Assembly (NCBI GenBank): GCA_963830915.1
Contig: CAWHOE010000006.1
Coordinates: 32,001 to 96,000 of the forward strand
Direction of reading: 5' to 3'
Source: a candidate division FCPU426 bacterium
GTDB taxonomy: Bacteria; Oederibacteriota; Muellerivitia; Muellerivitales; Muellerivitaceae
Length of the DNA stretch: 64,000 nt
Made by a program: the position numbers and the translations under genes. Numbering within the stretch: the first letter of the stretch is position 1; each line of letters begins with the position of its first letter. Under the pieces are notes generated by a model. It did not search any database, was not told where the DNA came from, and worked only from the letters and a program-made list of their open reading frames with translations. Positions 43,084 to 53,890 of this stretch are shown in pieces.

Positions 43084-46000
43084 TTATCGAACGACCAGAA
43101 GCTTACAGACTTGTCGCCCGGCGAAACCGCCGCTTTCGTCAGTCAGATCCACAACACCGAAGTATATCCCCGAAGCGACTCCTGTCATGTTCACCTTGGC
43201 CGCGTTGCTGTTGGGAGGCCCCTGGGTCGTTTTGCCATCCAATAGTTCCCCAGCCACATCATAGATCCTCACCTTGAGGGTGTAATTATCCGATGAATTC
43301 ATCACGAATGTCGTTGTCATAGACCCTTGGGTCAGAAGGTTCGGCAGGGCGGTCACTTTTCCATCCGTAAAAGCCTGATCCCCTGCCTTGACAAGCAATC
43401 CCCGGCTGACGACCGCCTCGCCGCCTTTCCCATCCTGCCAATGAAGTTCCACCAGATAGTATCCGTTGGACACGATAGCTCCATTGTCGTTCTTTCCGTC
43501 CCAAACCAGATCCAACCCACTGTCGGTGGTGATATGCACCTGATTGGAGCCGGTCAAGGTTGGAGTAGCGCTTAGAGTTGGACTGATCACGTTGGTCGAA
43601 AGGGTCATGTTTGAAAGGGATAGGTCGCTTGGATCGTCCACGTAAGTCATGAGGGTCCGGACGATCTCGCCAGCGGCGTTATAGATATAGACCTGCGCCT
43701 TGGCCAGGGAACGACTGACCGTGACGTTTTGGGTCACGCTGGTCACCACGCCGTAAGGATCCACGTTGTCCACTTTCACGTAGTAAACCCCGTTGGTGAC
43801 AGGGGTCCCGATCCCGTTGGTCCCGTCCCAGGTCGCGATCTGGGTTCCTTTGTACATGATATATACCTGACCATGAAGACTGGTGATGGTCGGGTTCGCG
43901 GATAGGGAGAAGTCTGTGATCGCCTCGGACAATCGCTGCACCCAGATCTCCTTGATCAATTCCCCCGCCTCGTTATAGACCCCCACATGCACCGTGTAAG
44001 CCGTCGCCATCGTGACATTGACAAAGGTCGTCTTAGGCGTCAACAAACCGGTGTAAGTCAAGGACGCGTGATTGCTCAATACAGTTCCCTGAGGGACGTA
44101 TTCGCTTACCTGCGCCTGATAAGTGAAAGTGACAATTCCCGGCGATAAGGAGGGAAAGGTCCAAACTAAGGTCCCCCCAGCTTCCGTGACCGCTGTCCCT
44201 CCGGATGGGACCGCCCCGAAACCGACAAAACTTAAATAAGAAGGAAGAACGTCGGTTACGGCCACTGAGGTGGCTGTGTCCGTTGTGTCGTTCAAGGAGA
44301 TGGTGTAGGTCAGAACATCCCCTCCCTTTGCGACCGGTTCGGATACCGATTTGGCGATATCCATATTGGGTGTTGTGGTGTTGGTAAAGGTCGGCGTCTG
44401 GGTCACCGTGGCGGTATTGGTTGGTGTGGTCGTATCCGTGATGGTCATGGTCGAAGTATCGGTTGGCGTATTGGTGGGAGTGGCCGTGATGGTGAAAGTT
44501 GCGCTATTGGTGGGTGTATTGGAGGGGGTGAAGGTATCCGTTACCGTGGCGGTATTCGTCAAGGTGGCGGTAAGGGTTGAGGTATCGGTGTTGGTCGGGG
44601 TATCGGTAATAGTCGGTGTAGCCGTATTGGTCGGCGTATTGGTGAGTGTATAAGTATAGGTGATCGTTGGACTATTGGTCGGGGTTGCTGTCGAGGTTGA
44701 ACTATTCGTATTGGTCGGGGTGTCGGTGGATGGTGGTGTAACTGTATTGGTCGGGGTATTGGTCAGCGTATAAGTGTTGGTGACTGTGGGACTATTGGTT
44801 GGAGTAGCCGTAGGGGATGGAGTATTCGTGTTGGTCGGGGTATTGGTCATCGTTGGGGTAGCGGTATTCGTTGGCGTATTGGTAGGTGTCGGGGTGGCCG
44901 TGTTGGTATTCGTATTGGTGGGGGTATTCGTAGGGGTGTTGGTTGGGGTATTGGTATTGGTCGGCGTGTTGGTAGCCGTATTGGTAGGAGTGATGGTCGA
45001 GGTGTTCGTGGGAGTATTGGTGGGTGTATTGGTATAGGTGTTAACAGGGGTTGGGGTCGGGGTAGGACTGGGACAACTTCCGGTCCATTGAAAATAATAG
45101 AAATTAGAGTAGGGGCTGTAATTGCACTGTTCATAACCCATCAGATCACCTGAGCAACTCGTGGCCGTGAATGTCGCCGCGGCCGACGCCGAGGCTAACC
45201 CAGCCTGGGTCGTGCTGAAATAAACCGTATATTGACAGGTATTGCTGACCGCCACCTGGACCCAAAAAGGGACATTCGGGATCGGAATTTGGCTTCCCAC
45301 ATTCACGCTTTGGGTCGAACCACTGATGGGTGTCCAGATCAATTGGCTGTTAGGGGGATTCCCCGAGAAAACCAGTGAATTTCCCACTCCAGCGGCCCGG
45401 TTGTAATTGAACACCAAACCATCACTGGTTTGGTTATAAGTGGTCGTGCTTAATTCTTCCTGCAATGTGCCGGGCCCGCTGGCGACCTGGGCGTTTAGAA
45501 GGACCGCGCAACCGCTGGTCCCGCTCATCCCGCCCGCACGGGTCAGATATCCCCCGCTCTGCACCCAGTTCGTGGCCTGGGTGATAGGGTTATCGCCCAC
45601 GATCCATCCCGGTGGAGGACCGGTGAAGTTACCGGTACCGTGGTTCACCGTGATGGAACATTGAACCGTCGAGTTACAGATGACCTGAGCCCCGAGAACC
45701 TGCTGCCAATAAGTCGATTTGGTGGCACCGGTCCCATTCTCCATACCCCATTCCATCTGGGTAGCGCCTGGCGGGAATATGGAGACCGGATAATCGACAT
45801 TGGGATAATAGTTACGGAGTTTGGCGACCAGATCGGGTCCGACATAGGCGCTCAAGATATAATTAGGCCCGCTCCATAGGGGAGCTCCAGCCGGGAATCC
45901 ATATGGGTTGATGACATCATTAGCCTGGTTGTCCCCTTGACTACCATTGCCCCCGATGGCGGAAAAGCGAACGATCGGATTGGAAGGACAGCTGATACCC

Positions 46001-46722
46001 GCGCAGGTCCAATCCATCTGGGAATCAGGCGGCACGGCACCGTAAACCACCATATCATTTTCCTCGATATGCCAGACATTGTTCCCGTCGTTGACCACTA
46101 CCGCGTTATTCGTCGTCTCGGCCGGATTAGTGTAAAGCAACATGATCGACCAGGACCCACTTGTTCCCCCACAGGAATAACCGGGAATGGAAAAACTGGC
46201 CGCATAAGTGGTTTGGCTCGCGTTGACATTCATCGAAGCGAACATACTTGGGCTCAAACTGGCTCTGCCGCTCACCCAAGTATTGTTCGTGATATCGCTG
46301 ACTGGGGCTCCCGCGGGTGTGAGCGGAAGACCAGCGTTCCCATTGAAATTGGCCGTCCCGCTGATGGGGGGCTGATTGACACTGCCGGCCACAGCTTCAA
46401 CCCACAGGAAACCCGTCACCGGTTGGGCTCCAGCCGGAAGGGTAACAGTCACCGGGTTTCCACATTGAGCGGTCGCCATAACGTAATCCAGGCCCGTCTC
46501 GCTGAAAACCGCTTCCTGCTGCATGGCATAGCTGCCGCCAATTTGCGTGGGCGCGCTGGAATTGCATTCGGATAATTGGGCCTGTGCCCTGGATGGAATA
46601 ACCAAAAGGGGAAGAAGAAAGAACGCATATATTAAAGAAGGGACTTTTATATTGACGGGGCTGGGACCGGTCCCAAATTGGATTCTTAGATCGTTTGGCC
46701 ACTGGCTCATTTGCCGGAACAC
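43084..46722 (-). CDS. Exported protein: uncharacterised beta-rich head, Thr stalk, DUF11 and three tandem FlgD-Ig-like domains
   Basis: Hydrophobic signal region; VYNEAGE..WDG..GVYY pattern repeated; ends ASGIY..CKLLVVR*. Start codon uncertain. Confidence 0.8.
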   Translation of the reverse strand: MFRQMSQWPNDLRIQFGTGPSPVNIKVPSLIYAFFLLPLLVIPSRAQAQLSECNSSAPTQIGGSYAMQQEAVFSETGLDYVMATAQCGNPVTVTLPAGAQPVTGFLWVEAVAGSVNQPPISGTANFNGNAGLPLTPAGAPVSDITNNTWVSGRASLSPSMFASMNVNASQTTYAASFSIPGYSCGGTSGSWSIMLLYTNPAETTNNAVVVNDGNNVWHIEENDMVVYGAVPPDSQMDWTCAGISCPSNPIVRFSAIGGNGSQGDNQANDVINPYGFPAGAPLWSGPNYILSAYVGPDLVAKLRNYYPNVDYPVSIFPPGATQMEWGMENGTGATKSTYWQQVLGAQVICNSTVQCSITVNHGTGNFTGPPPGWIVGDNPITQATNWVQSGGYLTRAGGMSGTSGCAVLLNAQVASGPGTLQEELSTTTYNQTSDGLVFNYNRAAGVGNSLVFSGNPPNSQLIWTPISGSTQSVNVGSQIPIPNVPFWVQVAVSNTCQYTVYFSTTQAGLASASAAATFTATSCSGDLMGYEQCNYSPYSNFYYFQWTGSCPSPTPTPTPVNTYTNTPTNTPTNTSTITPTNTATNTPTNTNTPTNTPTNTPTNTNTNTATPTPTNTPTNTATPTMTNTPTNTNTPSPTATPTNSPTVTNTYTLTNTPTNTVTPPSTDTPTNTNSSTSTATPTNSPTITYTYTLTNTPTNTATPTITDTPTNTDTSTLTATLTNTATVTDTFTPSNTPTNSATFTITATPTNTPTDTSTMTITDTTTPTNTATVTQTPTFTNTTTPNMDIAKSVSEPVAKGGDVLTYTISLNDTTDTATSVAVTDVLPSYLSFVGFGAVPSGGTAVTEAGGTLVWTFPSLSPGIVTFTYQAQVSEYVPQGTVLSNHASLTYTGLLTPKTTFVNVTMATAYTVHVGVYNEAGELIKEIWVQRLSEAITDFSLSANPTITSLHGQVYIMYKGTQIATWDGTNGIGTPVTNGVYYVKVDNVDPYGVVTSVTQNVTVSRSLAKAQVYIYNAAGEIVRTLMTYVDDPSDLSLSNMTLSTNVISPTLSATPTLTGSNQVHITTDSGLDLVWDGKNDNGAIVSNGYYLVELHWQDGKGGEAVVSRGLLVKAGDQAFTDGKVTALPNLLTQGSMTTTFVMNSSDNYTLKVRIYDVAGELLDGKTTQGPPNSNAAKVNMTGVASGIYFGVVDLTDESGGFAGRQVCKLLVVR

Positions 46723-46801
46723 CTTTGTTCGGTATCACAACTTCCAAGAGAATTTGGATCTGGACCTTTGTGGCCCAATTCTTATTCAAAAGACATTATA
46801 A

Positions 46802-46855
46802 TTAAAACGTTTTAGTATTTAATATCAAAATTACCACTTTTTAAGGTTTCGTCAA
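46802..46855 (-). promoter_or_regulatory. Promoter-operator cassette TTGACG-N16-TAATTT-N12-CTAAAACGTTTTAA
   Basis: Operator at 46802-46815, -10 at 46828-46833, -35 at 46850-46855. Confidence 0.75.
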
Positions 46856-46917
46856 GCCAAAGGAAGATTAAATCTTAAAAGGGATTGAAATGTTCTCACC
46901 GTTTTTTGTTACGGGGA

Positions 46918-49900
46918 TTATCGCACGACCAGGAGTTTGCAAGTCTGTCGTCCCGCTTGTCCGCCGCTGGCGTCGGTAAGTTCCACGATCCCGAAGTATA
47001 TCCCGGAAGCGACCCCGCCCATGTCCACCGTGACGCTATTGCTGTTCAAGTCTCCCCGGGTCACCTTACTGACCAACAACTCACCCGCCATGTCATAGAC
47101 CCAGACCTTCAGGGTGTAAGCGCTGCTGGAATTCATAACGAAAGTGGTCTTAGTGGAGCCTTTGGTCAACACGTTGGGTTGGGCCGTCACTTTACCATTC
47201 GCGAAGGACTGGTTACCCGCCTGTACCAGGATGCCTCGGGTGATGACCACATCGTTACCCTTGCCGTCCTGCCAGTGGATCTCGACCTGGTAATAACCGT
47301 TCGAAACGATAGCTCCGTTGTCATTTTTTCCGTCCCAGATCAGGTTCATTCCCGTGTCCGTGGTGATATGCACCAGGTTGGTACTGCCTGTGGTCGGGGT
47401 GCCGCTCAAGGTGGGGCTGATCACGCTGGTCGACAGGCTTACGTTCGAGAGCGATATATTGTTCGGGTCATCCACATAGGAGGTCAGCCGGCGCACGATC
47501 TCACCCGCCTCGTTGTAGATGTAAACCTGTACCTTCGCCAGCGACCGGCTAACCGTCACCAATTGGGTGATGCTGGTCACCACCCCGAACGGATCCACGT
47601 TATCCACCTTCACATAATAATCCCCGTTCGTGACCGGATCATTGGCGTTGTTGGTCCCATCCCAAGTCGCGATCTGGATACCTTTGTACTCGATATAAAC
47701 CTGGCCGTGCAGGCTGGTGATGGTCGGTGTGGCGAAAATACCGAAGTCCGTGATCGCCTCCGACAACCTCTGCACTGATATCTCCTTGATCAATTCCCCC
47801 GCCTCATTGTAGACCCCGATATGCACCGTGTAGGCCGTGGCCATGGTCACGTAAACGAAGGTCGTCTTGGGCGTTGCCAATCCCGCGTACATGAGGGAAG
47901 CGTTGTTATTCAACACCGCCCCCTGGGGAACGTAGGCGGCCACCTGTGCCTGATAGGTGAAGCTGTAGATCCCCGGCCCCAGGGACGGGAAATTCCACAC
48001 CAATTGGTTGCCGGTCACCGGTATGGTGGTTCCACCCGCCGGCACGGCGCCATAACTGACGAACGTCAGGTTAGGGGGCAGCACATCCGTTACCGCCACC
48101 GAGTTGGCCGTTCCTGTTGTGTCGTCCAGGGTGATGGTATAGGTCAGGATATCCCCCGCCTTGGCCACCGTTTCCGATACGGTCTTGGCGATATTCACAT
48201 TGGGCGTCGGCGTGAAGGTAAAGGTGGGGGTATAAGTCGCCGTTGGGGTGTAGGTACTGGTCGGGGTCCATGTCGAGGTCGCCGTGTTGGTGTTGGTAGG
48301 CGTATTGGTCCGGGTATTGGTGTTGGTAGCGGTAGGGGTCACCGTCGCGGTCTGGCTATTGGTGTAGGTGTTGGTAACTGTCGCTGTGTTCGTATCCGTA
48401 AAGGTTGGGGTGACCGTATTGGTATTGGTAGGCGTGGGAGTCGCTGTCCTGGTGTTGGTCGGTGTTGCCGTATTGGTGACGGTCGCAGTATTGGTGGAGG
48501 TATTGAGAGTAGTGTTGGTGAATGTATTGGTCACAGTAGCGGTATTTGTATTGGTGGCAGTTGGGGTCACCGTATTGGTATCAGTCGGGGTGGGTGTCGG
48601 GGTCTTGGTGTTGGTATTGGTGGCCGTATTGGTCGGGGTAGGCGTATTGGTTACAGTCGGGGTATTGGTGTAAGTATTGACCGGGGTAAGGGTATAGGTG
48701 TTGGTATTGGTGGGAGTGTTGGTCAAGGTAGCTGTTGGGGTATTGGTGTTTGTGTTGGTGGGAGTTGGAGTTGGGGTAACCGTGTTAGTGTTTGTCGGGG
48801 TATTGGTCACGGTATCCGTATTGGTCGGCGTAGAGGTCGGAGTTTTGGTATTGGTATTGGTAGGTGTGTTGGTAGGAGTGGGTGTATTGGTTGGCGTGGC
48901 GGTATTGGTGTTGGTCGGGGTATTGGTAAATGTATTGGTCGGTGGCACGGTACCAGTAGGGGTATTGGTCGGGGTGTTGGTCACAGTATTCGTGTTGGTA
49001 GGTGTATTGGTCGGCGTATTAGTGGGAGTCACAGTTTTGGTGTTGGTATTGGTAGGCGTATTTGTGGGTGTCGGGGTTGGGGTGTTCGTATTGGTATTAG
49101 TGGGAGTGGCGGTTGGGGTTGGCGTGTTGGTATTGGTTGGGGTATTGGTGGGGGTAGGAGTTGGCGTGTTGGTGTTGGTGTTGGTAGGAGTCGGTGTAGG
49201 GGTTTTCGTGTTCGTATTAGTGGGCGTATTAGTCGGTGTTGGGGTTGGTGTATTCGTATTGGTGTTGGTTGGGGTGGGAGTGGGCGTTGGCGTGTTCGTA
49301 TTGGTTGGAGTATTCGTGGGTGTCGGGGTATTGGTATTCGTGTTGGTATTAGTGGGGGTTACTGTCGGGGTATTAGTAGGAGTATTGGTCGGTGTGTTGG
49401 TATTCGTGGGGGTGTTCGTCGGAGTCCGCGTGGGTGTATTCGTTGGAGTATTGGTATTTGTAGGGGTATTAGTGGGAGTATTGGTAGGAGTGTTGGTTGG
49501 GGTATTGGTGGGAGTAGGGGTAACCACATTGCAAACACCCGTGAACTGGAAAGATTGGTAACTTGCGATTTGGGAATTATAAGCAGTAAAACCCATATAA
49601 CCAGCGCAACCACCACCAGTGTAAGTGGCTAACGTAGGGAAAGGGCCAGCGGAGCTAGTGCCCAAACCAACTGTATAATTGCAGGAACTATCGACGATCA
49701 CTTGGACATAAACCGGACAAGCGCAAAGTGTGGTCGCGTTCGAAAGTGGCGTGGAAGTGACTGTAACGGGAATGCCTGAAGTGTAGTGAACGAAATTGAT
49801 CATACTCCCATGATTGGAACACCCATCATTATAAAAATCGATACCGTAGCCATTGCCCGTAGTAGGATCCATTCCCAGGACAATCCCGTTGTAAAGCGAA

Positions 49901-51180
49901 CCGTTCCCTCCCCCCCCCATACACATGGAAACCAAAAGGGTACCAGGCGCCGCCGGTACGGTGTTATTCAATAAATAATTATAGGTCGGGGCCACACCGC
50001 TCCCGTTCTGGTAATAAAGGGACCCGCCGCTTTCCACCCAATTACCCTCGCCCCACGGCACCTGGCCGATCTCCCAGCCTGAAGGAGGTGCTGGCAGGCT
50101 TTGATTGAAGACATTGGTCACGGAACATTGCGAAACCGGATTGCATTGGTACTGGGCCACCAACGCCTGTTGCCAAAAACTGGCCTTGGCGTTCTGGATG
50201 TTCATGAAAAATCCCCACTCCATGCTAGTGGCCCCGCTCTGGAAATTACCTAGATTGTAGGTACGGTCGTGATCCCCTGGAATGCCCTTCCCTCCGCAAT
50301 TAAGAACACCAGGAGGACCACTCCATAAGGTCGGAGTGCCATTCTGGGTGCCGCCAGAATTGGTCGTGACCCCGCCTGATCCATATTGCTCGATCTGGTC
50401 CTCATCCCCATCAATGGAACCGTCGTTACAGTTGTTCCTGCCTCCTACGGCCGAGAATTTCAGGTTGGAACTGGAACAAGACATACCCAAACAGTTCCAG
50501 TTCAACTGAGAGTCTGGTGGAGCCACTCCGTTACCCGGGATGATCTGGTTATTTTCTTCCACATGCCAGGCGTTATTTCCGTCCGAGATCACCACCGCGT
50601 TATTACTGGTCTGGGATGGGTCGATGTAAAGCACCATGACTGATTGACCGGCACAGCCGCCCACTTCACTCGTGGAAATGGTGTCGCTGTTTGCGCCGGC
50701 CGTAAACCATCCGGGACTCAAGCTATATCTCATGTCGTACATGATGTTTTGGAAAACGGTCCAAGTAACGGGTGGTCCGACCTCAACTCCAGCCGGGGAT
50801 GCGTTGCCGGAAAAGTTGATGGCGCTATAATTAGGTCCGCCCGAATTACCGCCGATGTCATATTCCACGTACGCAAATGCCGTCACAGGTATAGCTCCCG
50901 GAGGCAAAGTATAGGTCAGGGGTTGTCCGCATTCTCCACCCGCGACTATGTAATCCAACCCCACACCCTCAGCGACCAAATTATTTTCTTGGCTTTGGGA
51001 ATAACCAGGCGAAGGACTACCAGCCGGACAGGTCGTCCAGGAAACTTGAGCTAGGGACAAAGTGGGTAAAAGGAACACGCAAAGAAACAAAAAGAGTTTT
51101 TTACTCTGGTCAAATGTACCAAAGTAGCAATTGGTTAAAATCGTTTTAAGGTTAAGACAACTATTTGTCATTTCATTCAT
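46918..51180 (-). CDS. Paralog of 43084-46722 with a ~440-aa Thr/Asn/Pro stalk
   Basis: Shared head motifs (GLDY, DGNN.WH.EEN, PPDSQ..W.C) and a highly similar C-terminal ~420 aa. An operator-like site at 51136-51149 makes the start uncertain. Confidence 0.82.
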   Translation of the reverse strand: MNEMTNSCLNLKTILTNCYFGTFDQSKKLFLFLCVFLLPTLSLAQVSWTTCPAGSPSPGYSQSQENNLVAEGVGLDYIVAGGECGQPLTYTLPPGAIPVTAFAYVEYDIGGNSGGPNYSAINFSGNASPAGVEVGPPVTWTVFQNIMYDMRYSLSPGWFTAGANSDTISTSEVGGCAGQSVMVLYIDPSQTSNNAVVISDGNNAWHVEENNQIIPGNGVAPPDSQLNWNCLGMSCSSSNLKFSAVGGRNNCNDGSIDGDEDQIEQYGSGGVTTNSGGTQNGTPTLWSGPPGVLNCGGKGIPGDHDRTYNLGNFQSGATSMEWGFFMNIQNAKASFWQQALVAQYQCNPVSQCSVTNVFNQSLPAPPSGWEIGQVPWGEGNWVESGGSLYYQNGSGVAPTYNYLLNNTVPAAPGTLLVSMCMGGGGNGSLYNGIVLGMDPTTGNGYGIDFYNDGCSNHGSMINFVHYTSGIPVTVTSTPLSNATTLCACPVYVQVIVDSSCNYTVGLGTSSAGPFPTLATYTGGGCAGYMGFTAYNSQIASYQSFQFTGVCNVVTPTPTNTPTNTPTNTPTNTPTNTNTPTNTPTRTPTNTPTNTNTPTNTPTNTPTVTPTNTNTNTNTPTPTNTPTNTNTPTPTPTPTNTNTNTPTPTPTNTPTNTNTKTPTPTPTNTNTNTPTPTPTNTPTNTNTPTPTATPTNTNTNTPTPTPTNTPTNTNTKTVTPTNTPTNTPTNTNTVTNTPTNTPTGTVPPTNTFTNTPTNTNTATPTNTPTPTNTPTNTNTKTPTSTPTNTDTVTNTPTNTNTVTPTPTPTNTNTNTPTATLTNTPTNTNTYTLTPVNTYTNTPTVTNTPTPTNTATNTNTKTPTPTPTDTNTVTPTATNTNTATVTNTFTNTTLNTSTNTATVTNTATPTNTRTATPTPTNTNTVTPTFTDTNTATVTNTYTNSQTATVTPTATNTNTRTNTPTNTNTATSTWTPTSTYTPTATYTPTFTFTPTPNVNIAKTVSETVAKAGDILTYTITLDDTTGTANSVAVTDVLPPNLTFVSYGAVPAGGTTIPVTGNQLVWNFPSLGPGIYSFTYQAQVAAYVPQGAVLNNNASLMYAGLATPKTTFVYVTMATAYTVHIGVYNEAGELIKEISVQRLSEAITDFGIFATPTITSLHGQVYIEYKGIQIATWDGTNNANDPVTNGDYYVKVDNVDPFGVVTSITQLVTVSRSLAKVQVYIYNEAGEIVRRLTSYVDDPNNISLSNVSLSTSVISPTLSGTPTTGSTNLVHITTDTGMNLIWDGKNDNGAIVSNGYYQVEIHWQDGKGNDVVITRGILVQAGNQSFANGKVTAQPNVLTKGSTKTTFVMNSSSAYTLKVWVYDMAGELLVSKVTRGDLNSNSVTVDMGGVASGIYFGIVELTDASGGQAGRQTCKLLVVR
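51136..51149. promoter_or_regulatory. LacI-type operator-like site
   Basis: TAAAATCGTTTTAA at the 5' end of the gene. Confidence 0.55.
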
Positions 51181-51437
51181 CCGCGTTTTTTATCTATTAA
51201 AAACTGTTTAATCGTTAAAGTTTTGTCGGTTTTGTAGGCTGGCAGGCCTGTGTGGTCAATTAAATTTTAACACTCCTGACAGTAAAAAATACACTCAATT
51301 TCAAGTATTTAACGTTAATAAACGTCGTTTAACCTTAACTATTTCACCCTTCAAATAGCAGGCTTTCCAATGGTTTCCCCGTGATATGATTCAAGCTCAA
51401 AACCAAAAGGACCCCTTATCCCCATGAAATTCTTGAA

Positions 51438-52628
51438 ATGGACCGTTTCCTGGCGTTTTTCCTTTCAAATCTTGCCTATGCCGATTATGGCTGTCATTTC
51501 GTTTTGAACTCCCGGTTGGAAACCCCCTTGAACGCCGCTGGAAAAAAGATCGCTATCCGTTTTACCTGCCGCCAGGATATGTCGTTGATCGGTGTCTCAT
51601 TTTATTGTGAACAAGCTGTGATCCCGCCCGCCTACCAGGTTGAATTGCGGGAGGACATCAAAGGGATGCCTTCCACGGTCATCCTGGAATCCGCCAGCGT
51701 GACCCCCAAAGGAGGTTGCTGGAATACGGTTCCTTTCAACAACCTTTCCCTTTTTCCCGATAAGGTTTATCACATCGTCATTGAGCAGGACGCCACCCGG
51801 GGCGGACAGCATTTGGTCGGCATCATCGACTCCCAACATTTCGCCTCGATCGCTTATGGGGACCATCTCAATCCCTTCGATCCCACCGATGAGAAACCCG
51901 ATCCCCAACTCAATGTCATGACCTTTGACGGCGAGTCTTGGCAAACCCTGGACCGTCAACCCCTTTACGCTTTGCATGGGGCCGGTTCCAAGTACCAGGG
52001 TAATCCTTACGACAGTTTCGATGAGCTACCCATCCACGGGAACGGGACCCCTCAAGACCGCTCCGATGATGTGCTTCGGGGAGCGGCCCTGCATCCCCAC
52101 AGCGGCCTCTCGGCGAAAGGTTTCGCGGTCCGCCTGCGCAAACAGGGCCGGCCTACCGCTCCCCTTAATTACCGCGTCTATGTCATCAACTTCCTTCAGC
52201 ATAAAACGACCCTGGCTTTCACCGGTCAAGCCCTCCAACCCGACCAAGTCACCGAATCCTTCCAGTGGGTGACCATCGGCATCCATAAAGAAGACCACGC
52301 CCAATCCTTCCCGCCCGAATGCCGTTATGTGGTTTTCCAGACTGATTCGGGCCGGCCTGTTTCTCAAGCCCCCGGCTGTGAGGATTGTTATGTCCTGTCC
52401 GAGGTCGGTAATTCGGGGGGACTCGCCGAGGCCGCCGACATGAGCTTTGACAGTGGGGCCCATCGTTCCCGTGAGACCTTTTCTGTCGATGGGGGAACCA
52501 CCTGGATTGATCGATTCGAGAGGGACGCCAACGTGGTCATCATTGGGGACTTGGGAGCGACCGGTGAATCCCCGGCCTTGGGCGATATCCCAACTCCCGA
52601 ACCCTGGTACCGGGACTTGTTGCCATGA
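51438..52628 (+). CDS. Hypothetical exported protein; likely true start 51424 with a 1-nt deletion near 51447
   Basis: 396-aa ORF; adding one base gives the signal peptide MKFLKWTVFLAFFLSNLAYA. ATGA overlap with the next gene. Confidence 0.7.
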   Translation: MDRFLAFFLSNLAYADYGCHFVLNSRLETPLNAAGKKIAIRFTCRQDMSLIGVSFYCEQAVIPPAYQVELREDIKGMPSTVILESASVTPKGGCWNTVPFNNLSLFPDKVYHIVIEQDATRGGQHLVGIIDSQHFASIAYGDHLNPFDPTDEKPDPQLNVMTFDGESWQTLDRQPLYALHGAGSKYQGNPYDSFDELPIHGNGTPQDRSDDVLRGAALHPHSGLSAKGFAVRLRKQGRPTAPLNYRVYVINFLQHKTTLAFTGQALQPDQVTESFQWVTIGIHKEDHAQSFPPECRYVVFQTDSGRPVSQAPGCEDCYVLSEVGNSGGLAEAADMSFDSGAHRSRETFSVDGGTTWIDRFERDANVVIIGDLGATGESPALGDIPTPEPWYRDLLP

Positions 52629-53869
52629 ACCAGATCAAGAAACTCAGGATCAACTTGAAATATTTTTTCCTTCTCCTGATTTTTATTCCCTCCTACTTCC
52701 CGCTTTTCGGCGAACAGATCATGGATAGTGTGGACCCTTTATCCGTAGATATATTCACGGCTCATGAAAGATTACGGAACGGTTTTCCCAAGGACGCCTT
52801 GGAAGCGCAGCAGAATGCCGTCAAGGCCCAGGAATATCGGGATGGTTCCACCCATCCATCTGCGGCTCCCCTTTTGAACAATTTGGCGACTTTGGACCGA
52901 TGCCTGGCGCGTTACACCGACGCCGAATCCGCTTTGAAATGGGCCTTGGCCATCCGAGAAAAAGCCTATGGCCCGGATGATCCCTTGGTGGCCCAATCCC
53001 TGCACCAACTTTCTTCCCTTTATCTGGATTGGGGCCATTGGGAAGAGAGTGAATTTTATGAAAAAAGGGCTCTTTCTATCCTTCGTGAAAACCTGTCCCA
53101 TCGATCCCTATTCAGCGGATGGATTCCCGACCTGAAAAAGTTATTGAAACCATTGACACCAAAATCAAAAACGACGGGGGAAGTTTCAACCGATCCTCTC
53201 CCTCTTTCCCAAGCGTTCCGTCTCATGGGAGAGGTAGAGATGAGACAGGAAAGATATAGTGAGTCTCTTATGGATCTCAAAAGAAGCCTTGAAGCGGAAA
53301 CTAAAGAACTGAATCCCTCCCAGGCCGATCATATTCATACTTTGGATCTGATGGCCTCCGTCTATCTGTCCCTCAAAAATACCATCGACGCCCGTTCCTG
53401 CCTGGAAGATGCTTTGAAAATAGCCCAAGCCCATTTCAAGAGCAATGCGGTGGAAGTGGGCGATGGATGGGAACGATTGGGTGCCTTTGATCTGTCCCAA
53501 CACCACCCCGAGAAATCCAAGCCCTCCCTCAATTCGGCCTTAGCCATTTATGGGAGTAACGTTGGGTCCTATTTCGGTTATTCAGCCCTTCCCTATGTTC
53601 AAAAGCTGGCGGAGGCCGATCTGCTCCAGGGTCAATATCTAGCGGCCCAGGACCTATTGAAAAAATACCTGGAAACGGCCAAACAAGTCTATGGGACCGT
53701 TCACCCGTCAGTAGTGGTGGGATTATTCGATCTTTCCCAAGCGGAGGATGGTTTGGGCCAAAAGGAAGATGCGCAGAAGTCCCTCCAACAAGCCCTGGAG
53801 ATCGCTCACTCCCTTTACCGGGACGACTATTTCCTCGTTCAAAAGATCCAGAAAAGGATCCAGCCATGA
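52625..53869 (+). CDS. Tetratricopeptide-repeat protein (kinesin-light-chain-type TPR), probably exported
   Basis: HP..A..LNNLA.L....RYTDAE....ALAIREKAYGPDDPLVAQSLHQL repeats; hydrophobic N-terminus. Confidence 0.88.
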   Translation: MNQIKKLRINLKYFFLLLIFIPSYFPLFGEQIMDSVDPLSVDIFTAHERLRNGFPKDALEAQQNAVKAQEYRDGSTHPSAAPLLNNLATLDRCLARYTDAESALKWALAIREKAYGPDDPLVAQSLHQLSSLYLDWGHWEESEFYEKRALSILRENLSHRSLFSGWIPDLKKLLKPLTPKSKTTGEVSTDPLPLSQAFRLMGEVEMRQERYSESLMDLKRSLEAETKELNPSQADHIHTLDLMASVYLSLKNTIDARSCLEDALKIAQAHFKSNAVEVGDGWERLGAFDLSQHHPEKSKPSLNSALAIYGSNVGSYFGYSALPYVQKLAEADLLQGQYLAAQDLLKKYLETAKQVYGTVHPSVVVGLFDLSQAEDGLGQKEDAQKSLQQALEIAHSLYRDDYFLVQKIQKRIQP

Positions 53870-53890
53870 TCGGTTCGAATACGGGAAATC

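Noticed and set aside
47821..49632. 603-aa Gly/Arg/Ile-rich plus-strand ORF
   Set aside because: Antisense to a well-supported gene; low-complexity sequence lacks stop codons.
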